A DNA stretch of 64,000 bases from the IMG/VR virus record IMGVR_UViG_2639762987_000002; one strand, written 5' to 3'. The position numbers and the translations under genes were made by a program. The stretch comes from a virus (taxonomy: Duplodnaviria; Heunggongvirae; Uroviricota; Caudoviricetes). Shown piece by piece: positions 1-9,899 of this stretch (the stretch's first letter is position 1; every line of letters begins with the position of its first letter). The notes under the pieces are model-generated. The model was not told the DNA's origin. It searched no databases and worked only from the letters and a program-made list of their open reading frames with translations.

Positions 1-1
1 G

Positions 2-1579
2 GATCAATACGGCGATAACTGTGAAGTCTGCGGCGCGACATACAGCCCGACGGAACTGATCGAGCCGAAATCGGTAGTTTCTGGCGCTACGCCGGTAATG
101 CGTGATTCCGAACACTTCTTCTTTGATCTGCCTTCTTTCAGCGAAATGTTGCAGGCATGGACCCGCAGCGGTGCGTTGCAGGAGCAGGTGGCAAACAAAA
201 TGCAGGAGTGGTTTGAATCTGGCCTGCAACAGTGGGATATCTCCCGTGACGCACCTTACTTCGGTTTTGAAATTCCGAACGCACCGGGCAAATACTTCTA
301 CGTCTGGCTGGACGCGCCGATTGGCTACATGGGTTCCTTCAAGAATCTGTGCGACAAACGCGGCGACACTACCAGCTTCGACGAATACTGGAAGAAAGAC
401 TCCACCGCCGAGCTGTACCACTTCATCGGCAAAGATATCGTTTACTTCCACAGCCTGTTCTGGCCTGCCATGCTAGAAGGCAGCAACTTCCGCAAGCCGA
501 CCAACCTGTTTGTTCATGGCTATGTGACGGTGAACGGTGCGAAGATGTCCAAGTCTCGCGGCACCTTTATTAAAGCCAGCACCTGGCTGAATCATTTTGA
601 CGCTGACAGCCTGCGTTACTACTACACTGCGAAACTCTCTTCGCGCATTGATGATATCGATCTCAACCTGGAGGATTTCGTTCAGCGCGTGAATGCCGAT
701 ATCGTGAACAAAGTGGTGAATCTGGCGTCCCGTAACGCGGGCTTTATCAATAAGCGTTTTGACGGTGTGCTGGCAGGCGAACTGGCTGACCCGCAACTGT
801 ACAAAACCTTTACTGATGCCGCTGAAGTGATTGGCGAAGCATGGGAAAGCCGCGAATTTGGTAAAGCTATCCGTGAAATCATGGCACTGGCTGACCTGGC
901 TAACCGCTATGTCGATGAACAGGCTCCGTGGGTGGTGGCGAAGCAGGAAGGTCGCGATGCCGATCTGCAGGCGATTTGCTCTATGGGCATTAACCTGTTC
1001 CGCGTGCTGATGACGTACCTGAAACCGGTACTGCCAAAACTGACTGAACGTGCAGAGGCATTCCTCAATACGGAACTGACCTGGGATGGTATCCAGCAAC
1101 CGCTGTTGGGCCATAAAGTGAATCCGTTCAAAGCTCTGTATAACCGTATCGATATGAAGCAGGTTGAAGCACTGGTGGAAGCGTCTAAAGAAGAAGTCAA
1201 AGCCGCTGCCGCACCGGTAACTGGCCCGCTGGCAGACGATCCGATTCAGGAAACCATCACCTTTGACGACTTCGCCAAAGTTGACCTGCGCGTGGTACTG
1301 ATTGAAAACGCGGAGTTTGTCGAAGGTTCTGACAAACTGCTGCGCCTGACACTGGATCTCGGCGGAGAAAAACGTAATGTCTTCTCAGGCATTCGTTCCG
1401 CTTATCCAGATCCACAGGCACTGATTGGTCGTCACACCATTATGGTGGCTAACCTGGCACCGCGTAAAATGCGCTTCGGTATCTCCGAAGGCATGGTGAT
1501 GGCTGCTGGCCCTGGCGGAAAAGATATCTTCCTGTTAAGCCCGGATGCTGGTGCTAAACCAGGCCACCAAGTTAAGTAA
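2..1579 (+). CDS. metG: methionyl-tRNA synthetase, C-terminal ~526 codons (5'-truncated by window edge)
   Basis: Frame is open from the window start and in frame with the listed ORF 98..1579; translation [18 protein letters not shown]...KMSKSRGTF...GAKPGHQVK matches the class I MetRS zinc-knuckle, KMSKS motif and C-terminal tRNA-binding domain. Confidence 0.95.
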   Translation, partial: DQYGDNCEVCGATYSPTELIEPKSVVSGATPVMRDSEHFFFDLPSFSEMLQAWTRSGALQEQVANKMQEWFESGLQQWDISRDAPYFGFEIPNAPGKYFYVWLDAPIGYMGSFKNLCDKRGDTTSFDEYWKKDSTAELYHFIGKDIVYFHSLFWPAMLEGSNFRKPTNLFVHGYVTVNGAKMSKSRGTFIKASTWLNHFDADSLRYYYTAKLSSRIDDIDLNLEDFVQRVNADIVNKVVNLASRNAGFINKRFDGVLAGELADPQLYKTFTDAAEVIGEAWESREFGKAIREIMALADLANRYVDEQAPWVVAKQEGRDADLQAICSMGINLFRVLMTYLKPVLPKLTERAEAFLNTELTWDGIQQPLLGHKVNPFKALYNRIDMKQVEALVEASKEEVKAAAAPVTGPLADDPIQETITFDDFAKVDLRVVLIENAEFVEGSDKLLRLTLDLGGEKRNVFSGIRSAYPDPQALIGRHTIMVANLAPRKMRFGISEGMVMAAGPGGKDIFLLSPDAGAKPGHQVK

Positions 1580-1601
1580 CTAAACAACCATTTTTCACAA
1601 T

Positions 1602-1626
1602 GCCCGGCAACACGCTGGGCATTTTC
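1602..1626 (+). terminator. Rho-independent terminator of metG
   Basis: Hairpin gcccggcaacacgctgggc followed by atttt, 23 nt after the metG stop. Confidence 0.6.
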
Positions 1627-1740
1627 ATATAGACACAATCCCTCCTGATTTACACAAGCCCTAAAACAATTTGTTTTCTACCTTTTGTTGATTGAGATAA
1701 TAAGCCACATAAGAAAACAACTTGTTTTGGAGTAGTTGAA

Positions 1741-2040
1741 ATGTTGAACATTACCCAAGCCTACCAGGTGGCATTGATCAGTTCATCTCATACATCAGAG
1801 GAAGATGCTCGCCGATTCATGATCGCAAGCAATGAGCTGGATTGGGTTTCACAAATTGATGGCGGTTGTATTGTTCACGCCGGGTTACAGAATGATGTCT
1901 GGAAAGACGACTTGCGTCGATATGGTATATCCGAAGGCGCGATTGCTAACATTCAGAAAGTACTTGATGTAGGCTTTGACTCTGTACATTTTGATTGTGG
2001 TGCGCCGGTCGTTGAAGGGCTTGAGTGCTGGAACTGGTAA
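1741..2040 (+). CDS. hypothetical early protein (99 aa)
   Basis: ORF with GGAG-type RBS; motif-1 palindrome 13 nt upstream. Confidence 0.55.
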   Translation: MLNITQAYQVALISSSHTSEEDARRFMIASNELDWVSQIDGGCIVHAGLQNDVWKDDLRRYGISEGAIANIQKVLDVGFDSVHFDCGAPVVEGLECWNW

Positions 2041-2085
2041 CAGATATTAAAGCATTGGTAGTTTGTTTTTAGGATTATCAAAGAA

Positions 2086-2820
2086 ATGAAAAAGTTGAAA
2101 AGTTTAGAAATCCCTGGGACTGGTTATAAATTCTTTATGGACAACGCGGAGTGTGCGCCTAACGCGTTGGAAAAAATACAAAGTCTTATCAACAGCCTTA
2201 CTGAAGAAGCGAAAGAACTGAAGAGCGAGGCGACAAAGGACAATACAGCTAAAATCCAATGCTTAAATCTCGTTTCTTATTGTTTATATCAAGTGTCCAA
2301 GACACTGATTAAAGGCAATATCTATTACGACGATGAAGACACCTCGACACCTGAAGAAAAAGATAGCGATGAAGAACTCTATGAAGATATCTCTACCAGT
2401 GCGGGTCATGCTGCCTTCGATGCTATGGGTGAATCGTCAGGCATCAGATCGTTTGTTGAACAGAACAATTCGACAATAATGATTGAGTACTGTGAACAAA
2501 CAAGCTCCAAGGCCATACATGTTCTTCACGATGTTGCTGCAGGGGTTCGCTGTGAGGCTGAAGCGGTCAGAAAAGATGTATTTGGTGCAGACAGTAATAC
2601 CGTGAAAGCGTTCATCAACAGTGCTCTGCTAAATTCTTACTCAAACCTTATCGTCAATGCGGCACTATGCGCGAATTCAGGTGAAGAACACATTGTCATA
2701 ACTGAAACCAAACATGAGCATCAACAGTCACCAACCATAGAAGAGGTAACTGCATTGGCTATCAAACAGGCGAGTGAAATTAGTGATGAAATTCTCTCTC
2801 TGCTAAACAAAACTATGTAA
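2086..2820 (+). CDS. hypothetical acidic early protein (244 aa)
   Basis: ORF; Asp/Glu-rich stretch (YYDDEDTSTPEEKDSDEELYED). Confidence 0.55.
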   Translation: MKKLKSLEIPGTGYKFFMDNAECAPNALEKIQSLINSLTEEAKELKSEATKDNTAKIQCLNLVSYCLYQVSKTLIKGNIYYDDEDTSTPEEKDSDEELYEDISTSAGHAAFDAMGESSGIRSFVEQNNSTIMIEYCEQTSSKAIHVLHDVAAGVRCEAEAVRKDVFGADSNTVKAFINSALLNSYSNLIVNAALCANSGEEHIVITETKHEHQQSPTIEEVTALAIKQASEISDEILSLLNKTM

Positions 2821-2930
2821 AACATTGATAATGGCGGTCACAATTTGATTCTTTTCTATAAGAATCCGTTGATCGCCACTACTCCCCTTCCATAGCTGCA
2901 ATCATATCTTTAAATATCAATAGGTTATGG

Positions 2931-3700
2931 TTGTTTATACAAATAAGAAAACAACTAAATAACAGATCAACGAAACGTCAACGCTTTCACCCGATTTGGT
3001 CTAAAAAATTGACGTTTTCACACATCACTTCTTATACCCGTAACTCTACGCAGCAGACAGCGCCACAGCGTCCAATTTTCACCACAGACGACCCAACACA
3101 CTACCAACAAAAACACACGCTCAAAATCGCTCCCGTTGCGTTACACAACCATATAAACAACTTATTTTCAGGCATAACAAAACAACTAAATAACACACAT
3201 GCCATTCCCAAAAACAACCAACCTCTTTATGGCAGGCTACCGAAAAGACCCACCTCTTCTCCCCAGGCTACCGGACAACCAACCTAACTTTCACAGGCAA
3301 TCCGAAAACATTCATACGCGCGATACCCACGACACGCCATTCCCCAAACAGCGAAGAAACACCAGAATCACTGAAACCCCAACGAAGCCTGTAACCGCAA
3401 GGATTCTCTCAATCCCAAAAGACACGAAACATAACAATCACGGGAAATGCCATTACCCAATACACGAATAACTACAAAAGCCTTTCACACACTCCAGACA
3501 AACAACTCAAACACAATAACGAAAGGAATCGCCCACCTGCCATTACTCCATACACGGAGAAGAACAATCACCAAAACGACGAGAACACCCCATAGAAGAA
3601 CCACCGCAAAACGAACGAAACCACATACACCGACAGAGAAAACAACACACCCAATTCACCAACAGAAATAGTCGCCGTATAGAACATTCTGGAAGGAGTG
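2931..3700. repeat. Non-coding CA-rich, G- and T-depleted region with four GCCATTMCC-type direct repeats
   Basis: Top strand roughly 40% A, 40% C, 10% G, 10% T by hand count of one 60-nt line; only low-complexity ORFs; repeats near 3200, 3337, 3448, 3539. Confidence 0.6.
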
Positions 3701-3870
3701 AGCATTAACGCCTATAGAGAGGTTGAGACAGATAAAACACAACATGTATAGCGAAGAAGCCAGGTATGTATAAGTGGGGAGGGAAGGAGGGGTGTCGCCT
3801 CCTTTTTCGTATTTATTCAACTCCTGATTTTATCCCCCCGTAACACCCCTACGGTCAGCCTTCGGTCCAT

Positions 3871-4012
3871 ACAGGGAAAAGGCTGCATCCCGCTACAGAA
3901 ACGGCTGGGTTGCCTTCGGGGAACGGCTGGAGGTTTTCAGGGAAACGGTCGAGTTACCTGTGTGGATTTCGGGAAAAGGCTCGATGCCGGTTCAGGAACG
4001 GTGGCGTACCGG
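3871..4012. repeat. Six tandem iteron-like direct repeats, ~22 bp period, core GGGAAA(A/C)GG(C/T)
   Basis: acagggaaaaggctg / acagaaacggctgg / ttcggggaacggctgg / ttcagggaaacggtcg / tttcgggaaaaggctcg / ttcaggaacggtggcg read directly. Confidence 0.6.
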
Positions 4013-4363
4013 TATAGCGAGAGGAAGAGTTGCGGCTACCCACCTGTAATGTGCGGGAAGAAGAGAGGCGCTCACGTAGGCGGACTTGCTTACCGCTGGA
4101 TTCCCTCTGAATGCCCAGCTACAGCGTAATTGTGCCAGACAGCCAACGGGTCACAATCGATTTCAGTAGGTTTTCGGGGAGAGGATTATTCTGCCCACCA
4201 GCCACTTTCGGCCACTAAATCAGAATAATGTAAAAAGTGTACTCGGTGCTGAACCTGAAAACTCACTGCCAAAACCACATTCACCGGAATAAAATCCTTT
4301 TTCGCCTGTGTGTTATTGCGATAATAACACCATCAAGAAAACATGTTGTTTAAGGATTGCTTT

Positions 4364-4693
4364 ATGTTTGCAAATATCGACATCAACCAAATCAAGAAAA
4401 TGACTCAAAAAGAGTTTGACCAGTTTTATGAGCTGGAAGGTTGGTCTTCCACTCTGATTAATTCAAGATGGGTGCTGGAACTGATGACTCGTGATGACGC
4501 ACCTGCTTTGATGATCAGCGACCTGGGTGAAGATGCTGACTTTATGGATATGAGCGAATTTTGTGTGGACACATACAACCGCAGCCAGAAGTACTACTTC
4601 ACATGCGATAGCGAAAATGACGTGATTTCTAAGGTCTATCTTCACCTCGTCCAGCATTGGGACGTTCAGGAGTTTCTTGAAGTATTCGAGTAA
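4364..4693 (+). CDS. hypothetical early protein (109 aa)
   Basis: ORF; start moved to ATG 4364 after RBS aaggat; the listed 4343 start lies inside the motif-1 palindrome. Confidence 0.55.
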   Translation: MFANIDINQIKKMTQKEFDQFYELEGWSSTLINSRWVLELMTRDDAPALMISDLGEDADFMDMSEFCVDTYNRSQKYYFTCDSENDVISKVYLHLVQHWDVQEFLEVFE

Positions 4694-4846
4694 CCCCAAC
4701 CAAAGCCAGCATTGCTGGCTTAATTTCTCTATAGCCGCAGGGAAGAACCTGCATATAGCTCATGCACCTGATCAATATGCTTTGTAGCCGTTTTCTTACT
4801 GGTATTATTTACGCCATTGAGAAAACAAGTTGTTTACGGAGTTGTG

Positions 4847-5158
4847 ATGAAAAAATCATTGGTTCTTGGTCTGGACAAAGACCAGAAGAGAAAAGAGAAG
4901 CCTGCGCTGGTTGCTCAATTAACTTTGCTGGACATCGTTGCCAATGGAACCTCTATTCGTCTGTTCCGTGAAACAGCGGTGTCTTTCGATAAAAACACCT
5001 TTACTCGTTATGTAATGAATGTTCGTCGCCAGCGTGGAAAAGGCTGGATGGCATATCAAAGAATGTGGCCGGAACATCAGCTCGAACTGGCTTTGATGGA
5101 AGTTAACCGCGTGGCCCAGCAAGAAATTCAGAGAGCATCAGTGATGGCAATAGCCTGA
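4847..5158 (+). CDS. hypothetical early protein (103 aa)
   Basis: ORF; ATG 4847 follows motif-1 and RBS acggag. Confidence 0.55.
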   Translation: MKKSLVLGLDKDQKRKEKPALVAQLTLLDIVANGTSIRLFRETAVSFDKNTFTRYVMNVRRQRGKGWMAYQRMWPEHQLELALMEVNRVAQQEIQRASVMAIA

Positions 5159-5194
5159 TAATGTGCAAGTGGTAATTAGTCGACAGTACGACAG

Positions 5195-5221
5195 CCCCGC
5201 CATCCTTACGGGGTTTTTTTG
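5195..5221 (+). terminator. Rho-independent terminator
   Basis: Hairpin ccccgccatccttacgggg followed by a run of T. Confidence 0.7.
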
Positions 5222-5284
5222 TATTGTAAGTACATACTTATGATCATAGAATATCAAAATAACCAATACACTATGGAGGGTGAA

Positions 5285-5680
5285 ATGACCGTTAAACGCG
5301 AAAAACTGACAGTTGATGTTTACTATGCCTCTGAAACTGCCGAAGGTAAGAATGTGGCAAAAATCACCGTTGTTACGTACAACACCGAAACTGGTGCCGA
5401 AGTCCAGGCCAGTACGATCGTGCGTAAAGGTGATGCCTCCGGCGGCGAGTACGCGACTCAATACCAGTCTATTCTCGATGCAACTGACCCGCTGCTGCTG
5501 AAAATCGAGAACTACTTCCGCCAGGTTGATGAAGAGGTGTTTGAAACCATGATGAGTATGGTTAATTCCGTATTCGCCTCCAGCCTGAACACCAGCACCA
5601 CCTGGATTGGCCAGTATGGTCTGCGCATTACCTCCGGCATTCCTGCTGACACCTTAATCCCTGAAAGCGTATTCGCTTAA
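5285..5680 (+). CDS. hypothetical protein (131 aa)
   Basis: ORF; ATG 5285 preceded by RBS ggaggg; motif-2 palindrome taagtacatactta at 5228-5241. Confidence 0.6.
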   Translation: MTVKREKLTVDVYYASETAEGKNVAKITVVTYNTETGAEVQASTIVRKGDASGGEYATQYQSILDATDPLLLKIENYFRQVDEEVFETMMSMVNSVFASSLNTSTTWIGQYGLRITSGIPADTLIPESVFA

Positions 5681-5691
5681 TCCTCTTTAAA

Positions 5692-5717
5692 TGGCGCGTA
5701 AACCGCGCCATTTTCTT
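5692..5717 (+). terminator. Rho-independent terminator
   Basis: Hairpin tggcgcgtaaaccgcgcca followed by ttttctt. Confidence 0.7.
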
Positions 5718-5797
5718 ATACCCGATAACAATTTGTTTTCTGCCTTATCTGATTTGTGAAAATGATTTCACTGAAGCAAGTTAATAAGGAAACCATC

Positions 5798-6172
5798 ATG
5801 GGACTTGATATCTATATCGAGACACAGCCTAAAAACGATCTGAATAACGAGGCATCCAGAAAGCAGGTTGCTTACTTCCGTAAGTTCAATGCGCTCGTTG
5901 GGTGGATGGAGCGCAACGTAGGTGAAGTCGAAAATTGTGAGCTTTTAGAATTAACGATGAATGACATTTGTTTTCTGAAGGCTCATTTGATGCACATAAA
6001 CGAAAGTAATTGCGAAGAGTACTTGCCTACCCGGGAAGGTTTTTTCTTCGGCAGTCAGGAGTACGATGAAGGTTACTGGCATGATGTGGGGGAGTTGAAA
6101 GAGCTTGTGGAAGATCTGATTAAGAACCACGACTTTCACAATAACAGACTGACCTTCTGCGCCTGGTGGTAA
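5798..6172 (+). CDS. hypothetical protein (124 aa; alternative start GTG 5756)
   Basis: ORF; ATG 5798 has RBS aagga at 7-nt spacing; motif-1 at 5725-5740. Confidence 0.5.
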   Translation: MGLDIYIETQPKNDLNNEASRKQVAYFRKFNALVGWMERNVGEVENCELLELTMNDICFLKAHLMHINESNCEEYLPTREGFFFGSQEYDEGYWHDVGELKELVEDLIKNHDFHNNRLTFCAWW

Positions 6173-6174
6173 AT

Positions 6175-6318
6175 ATGGGCGATTTCAAGAAAACCCTGAA
6201 GGAAAGAGCCGAGATGGTCAGAAAGCAAAACGCCTCTTCTGTCATCAGATACGCAAGGCAGTTTAGTCGCAACAACAAATCAGTTGAGGAAAAGATCCTT
6301 AGCGTAATCGGTCGATAA
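6175..6318 (+). CDS. small hypothetical protein (47 aa)
   Basis: Short ORF hand-translated MGDFKKTLKERAEMVRKQNAS...; starts 2 nt after previous stop with ggtgg upstream; below the ORF-track cutoff. Confidence 0.3.
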   Translation: MGDFKKTLKERAEMVRKQNASSVIRYARQFSRNNKSVEEKILSVIGR

Positions 6319-6522
6319 TTATTAAGGCCATCAGCATTGGTGGCCTTAAATGACCATCCTGTTTCCCGTAGGCTAAAAACACCAACCTCTTACCTCCAGG
6401 CAACCGACAAACCCACCTGTTCCCGTCCGGCTACCGCAACTTTCCACTTTGACGCCTTATTCGTACAACGATAATTAACACCAACAAGAAAACAATTTGT
6501 TATTTACGATAAGGAATTAATC

Positions 6523-7005
6523 ATGAATTTTATCGCTACTGTAAACGCACCCGCACATGGCAATATCGCTGTAACGTTCTCTGACATTGAAAAACGAGTA
6601 CTTGGTGCATGGCGCGACAATGAGACGGTAGAACTGTCAGCACAAGAAAAATGCATTATTGCACGCGACATCATTGGCAATCGTCGTTACTCGCGGGTAT
6701 TTGAGAAAGCGTATGTGGTAAATTCTGGATTCGGAACGTTCGTCTTTCCGGTGCGCTCCGGGCGATTCTGCCAGTCCAAGCTGATTGAGTTCGCTACGCA
6801 GATTTCTGTCTGGATTAAAACTCAATCGTCGTTCAAATTTTCCGACGATGAAGCAGTATCGCAGGGGATGCGGATCGCCAACAATGCAATTAAATGCAAA
6901 AACATTACGTATACCGCTGGCGTTGATACATGGAAACTGTTTTGCGCTAACTTTATGCTGAATGTATACGCAAGCAACCGCATCCACATCCTTGATGGCG
7001 TGTAA
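6523..7005 (+). CDS. hypothetical protein (160 aa)
   Basis: ORF with RBS aaggaa; motif-1 at 6485-6502. Confidence 0.6.
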   Translation: MNFIATVNAPAHGNIAVTFSDIEKRVLGAWRDNETVELSAQEKCIIARDIIGNRRYSRVFEKAYVVNSGFGTFVFPVRSGRFCQSKLIEFATQISVWIKTQSSFKFSDDEAVSQGMRIANNAIKCKNITYTAGVDTWKLFCANFMLNVYASNRIHILDGV

Positions 7006-7012
7006 CTGAGAA

Positions 7013-7036
7013 GAGGGCCAGAAACGGCCCTTTCTC
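7013..7036 (+). terminator. Rho-independent terminator
   Basis: Hairpin agggccagaaacggccct followed by ttctct. Confidence 0.55.
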
Positions 7037-7050
7037 TATAGCCACCAGCT

Positions 7051-7141
7051 GCCGCAGGGAAATTTTCAGAAACGGCAAGGAACGCATTCATGAGCCGATG
7101 GGAAACGGCCAGGATTTTTTCGGGAAACGGCTGCATTCGCC
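7051..7141. repeat. Second array of GGGAAACGGC-type direct repeats (3-4 copies)
   Basis: gcagggaaatttt / cagaaacggcaagg / gatgggaaacggccagg / ttcgggaaacggctgc; same family as 3871-4012. Confidence 0.55.
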
Positions 7142-7259
7142 TTTATGTAGAAAAAACATCGGGAAGCTGGTGGAATCCAACCAGCGGTTGTCGGACAGGT
7201 GAGCGGGGAAAATCATGATGACTTTCGTCGCCTGAGACATCCAGATTTCTTTCGTAGCG

Positions 7260-7315
7260 TAATCACATATGTGATTAAGTGGTGTGATTATGTGAAAAAT
7301 CACGCGCACATAATA
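7260..7315. promoter_or_regulatory. Operator-like nested palindromes, including a perfect 18-bp palindrome
   Basis: taatcacatatgtgatta (7260-7277) is its own reverse complement; followed by gtgattatgtg...cacataat inverted repeats. Confidence 0.5.
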
Positions 7316-7620
7316 CGCGAGCGGATACGGAACAAAACAAAATGCCGATCCGCGCCGACAAATAAACGCGGATCATAAAGCAAGACTAAAAGCCAATGAT
7401 TAACCATACTCTATAGCGCAATATAACGCGTTTTAAGCGCGTTAATGTGTTAAGTAATGGGTATGTACTGGCAAGGATATAAAAGCGCGTCTATGGCGTT
7501 ATTTTGGCGCTTATTTTTATGTTGTTGGAGTGAGTTAAAGACAATAAAAACGCGCCATCATTGGCGCGTTATGGTAGGTGTATTGGAAACGAAAAAAGCG
7601 CCCATAGTGGGCGCTCGATT

Positions 7621-7851
7621 TTATTTGTGTAAACTGATTTTAAATCCCATTTCTACAAACGCTTTTAACATTAAAAATATATCAGCGTCGTTCACGTCTG
7701 CTTTTTTTCGCTCCTGGTCGCTCAATAAGTCAATTTTGCGCGTCGTTTCATCTATAAGCTCGACTGCGCGCCCAGCGTAACCAGCGATCCCAGCGATGCG
7801 ATTAACATAATATTCATTATGGACGTTAACGCCAGCGATAAGAACAAACAT
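7621..7851 (-). CDS. hypothetical protein (76 aa)
   Basis: ORF in AT-rich minus-strand block; two tandem hairpin plus T-run terminators downstream on the minus strand (7548-7576, 7594-7622). Confidence 0.45.
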   Translation of the reverse strand: MFVLIAGVNVHNEYYVNRIAGIAGYAGRAVELIDETTRKIDLLSDQERKKADVNDADIFLMLKAFVEMGFKISLHK

Positions 7852-7872
7852 GATTAAGCTCCTTAAAAAAAA

Positions 7873-8121
7873 TTAAATAGAATTTTGAAGTTTTCCGATT
7901 AATGCGCTTAAACGTAAGTATTCACGTTTGCGCTTGCAATCTCGCTTGCTGTTAAGCAAATCAGAAAACGTAAAATTTAATTGGTCGCGTTGCGCGATCA
8001 AATCATCGATTAATTCCAGTTTATAAGCGCGATACTTTGCGCGATACTTTGCGCGGATCTTGTCATAGCTGACCATTTTTAAAGCTCCTTTAAAGCGCCC
8101 ATAGTGGGCGCTTGATTCCAT
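7873..8121 (-). CDS. hypothetical protein (82 aa; alternative internal start)
   Basis: ORF; contains a tandem 12-nt duplication encoding AKYRAKYRA. Confidence 0.4.
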   Translation of the reverse strand: MESSAHYGRFKGALKMVSYDKIRAKYRAKYRAYKLELIDDLIAQRDQLNFTFSDLLNSKRDCKRKREYLRLSALIGKLQNSI

Positions 8122-8124
8122 TAA

Positions 8125-8775
8125 TTACGCTTTAAAAGCATCAGCTAAATAATTGTAGAAATCATTCTTGATAAAGCGATATTGCTGTGTACCAGCTTTT
8201 GCGCTTCCCATTCCTTTGACTTTCTCAACAAGTCCAAGACGTTCGCAAAGATTGATCAACTGGTTGGCTTGAGTATAGCCAGCGTCCAATTTAATTTCGC
8301 ACGCTTTTTTAGCTTCATTCATTAAATCGAAAACAGCGCCATTGGTGAACGTGTCGATCTCGTCGTTAATCATATCGATTAAAGCGAATACACGAGATCC
8401 TGACATATCAGCGACGGAATAAACGCATTTACCAGCTTTAATGGATTTAACCAGATAAACCAGTTTTTCCAGTGAATAACTATTAGTCATAGCATCACGG
8501 AAAAATACTTCTGGCGCTTGTTTGCTTGCTTTAATCGCATAGTAGAAAACAGAGCATAATTTTTCGTCTTCTACTGCGTTTACGACGTTGTTGATGAAGT
8601 AAGCAAGTTTAGTGGTCGCAGCTTGCATATTTGCTTTGTCTGCTTTAGTGTGCGTACCATTTTTATAATGTTCGTTGTATGTTTGAGTTGCCAGATCTGC
8701 TTTTTCGCGCAGTTCATCGGATACAATGGAAGCAGCTTCAACGATGGATTTTTTAGAAATGATAATGTTAGCCAT
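8125..8775 (-). CDS. hypothetical protein (216 aa)
   Basis: ORF; no motif recognised. Confidence 0.55.
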   Translation of the reverse strand: MANIIISKKSIVEAASIVSDELREKADLATQTYNEHYKNGTHTKADKANMQAATTKLAYFINNVVNAVEDEKLCSVFYYAIKASKQAPEVFFRDAMTNSYSLEKLVYLVKSIKAGKCVYSVADMSGSRVFALIDMINDEIDTFTNGAVFDLMNEAKKACEIKLDAGYTQANQLINLCERLGLVEKVKGMGSAKAGTQQYRFIKNDFYNYLADAFKA

Positions 8776-9058
8776 GATGATTTTTCCTTATGTAAATTTA
8801 AAATTTATTGTCGTTAGCGTCTTCGCTTTCGACGAGTTCAATTATCGATACGCGAAAAAAGATTGCAAGTGTTTTTTTAAAATTTTTTGCAGGGATGAAA
8901 GTCCTAGAAATAAAAGCGAGATCGTCGAAGGTGTTCCCTAAATAAATAATCGATTCCGGCTTTCGACCTTATATATATTTAGGTTATTTGATTTATAGAT
9001 ATAAAGAAGTGATGTGAAAAATAATAACCGGACTTAGCCGGTTATTAACCTTATAGAT

Positions 9059-9367
9059 TTATTGAACAGACTCTACAGCCTTACGATTGGTGTCAAATAG
9101 CGCATCAACGAACTGTGCCGATGACTCGCTAGATTCGCAATCCAACATTGCCCGTTCTTCATTTGCCACTTTCTTACACAGTTCCACATTCTCGCCTATC
9201 GCTTTTCCTGCTTTTACGGCTGCCGAAAATTGATACATGCAAACTGATACATTCTGAGACGTTGAGCACACGTCATTCATCAGCGACTGAATGACAGGCT
9301 TATAGTCCATTGCATTTGCCGCAACTGAGCAAAGTAAAAATAATGGTGGTAACAATATCGATTTCAT
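9059..9367 (-). CDS. secreted Cys-rich protein with signal peptide (102 aa)
   Basis: N-terminus MKSILLPPLFLLCSVAANA is a classical Sec signal; six Cys in the mature part; terminator hairpin downstream on the minus strand (9029-9052). Confidence 0.6.
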   Translation of the reverse strand: MKSILLPPLFLLCSVAANAMDYKPVIQSLMNDVCSTSQNVSVCMYQFSAAVKAGKAIGENVELCKKVANEERAMLDCESSESSAQFVDALFDTNRKAVESVQ

Positions 9368-9370
9368 AAC

Positions 9371-9895
9371 TCAAAAAGGCAAAATTCGTTCAACCCAATC
9401 GAACAAAACAACTATTTTTCTACCGTTCTCGACACGTAGTGTAACCTGACAAGCATCTGCGCCTGCTGACACCCCCTCAATTTCACGGCCATCCGCCATG
9501 TACACCCTTATAGATTTGTTTGCTTTGTAGGCTTGGTTGCAAATTGCAAAAAAATCGCGGCGTGATGGCCGATTATCGACATAATCAGGGTGAACTGTTA
9601 GTCGACCTTTGAAATCGTGAGCGATACTGTCAACCACACCTGATTCAATTGTACTAATGCGTTCAAGTGGGAGCCTTATACGATTTTCTTTGTCAAAAGG
9701 GGCTGGGCAAAGGTCAACTTTGTTACGAGATGGCATGAGGCCATAAACGTACATGCAAAACGCCTGGCCATCTTCGAGAGTGACCCTTACAGGAATTTGT
9801 TCTCTGCGCCAGAACATCAGTAGTTTTTCAACGTTAGTGTAATCTCGCGGCCAGAGTTCAGCTTGGATACCGTAGGTAATATCTTTGGTTGTCAT
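9371..9895 (-). CDS. hypothetical protein (174 aa; the listed ORF extends to 9973)
   Basis: ORF; start at internal Met (MTTKDITYG) avoids a 74-nt overlap with the upstream gene. Confidence 0.5.
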   Translation of the reverse strand: MTTKDITYGIQAELWPRDYTNVEKLLMFWRREQIPVRVTLEDGQAFCMYVYGLMPSRNKVDLCPAPFDKENRIRLPLERISTIESGVVDSIAHDFKGRLTVHPDYVDNRPSRRDFFAICNQAYKANKSIRVYMADGREIEGVSAGADACQVTLRVENGRKIVVLFDWVERILPF

Positions 9896-9899
9896 GTCA

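Noticed and set aside
473-1638. Minus-strand and alternative-frame ORFs inside metG (473..1114, 682..882, 907..1200, 1432..1638)
   Set aside because: They lie fully within or antisense to a well-supported, conserved metG reading frame and have no RBS context; treated as spurious.
2931-3671. Listed + strand ORFs 2931..3287, 3199..3471 and 3447..3671
   Set aside because: Translations are low-complexity (T/P/K/H/Q-rich), overlap one another, and derive from extreme base composition; the region is more plausibly non-coding.
3871-4012. Possible CRISPR array
   Set aside because: Repeats are imperfect and contiguous, without unique spacers of uniform length, and no cas genes are present; iteron-like instead.
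8030-8062. Tandem 12-nt duplication gcgatactttgc x2 as a regulatory repeat
   Set aside because: It lies inside a minus-strand coding frame and simply encodes a duplicated AKYR peptide.
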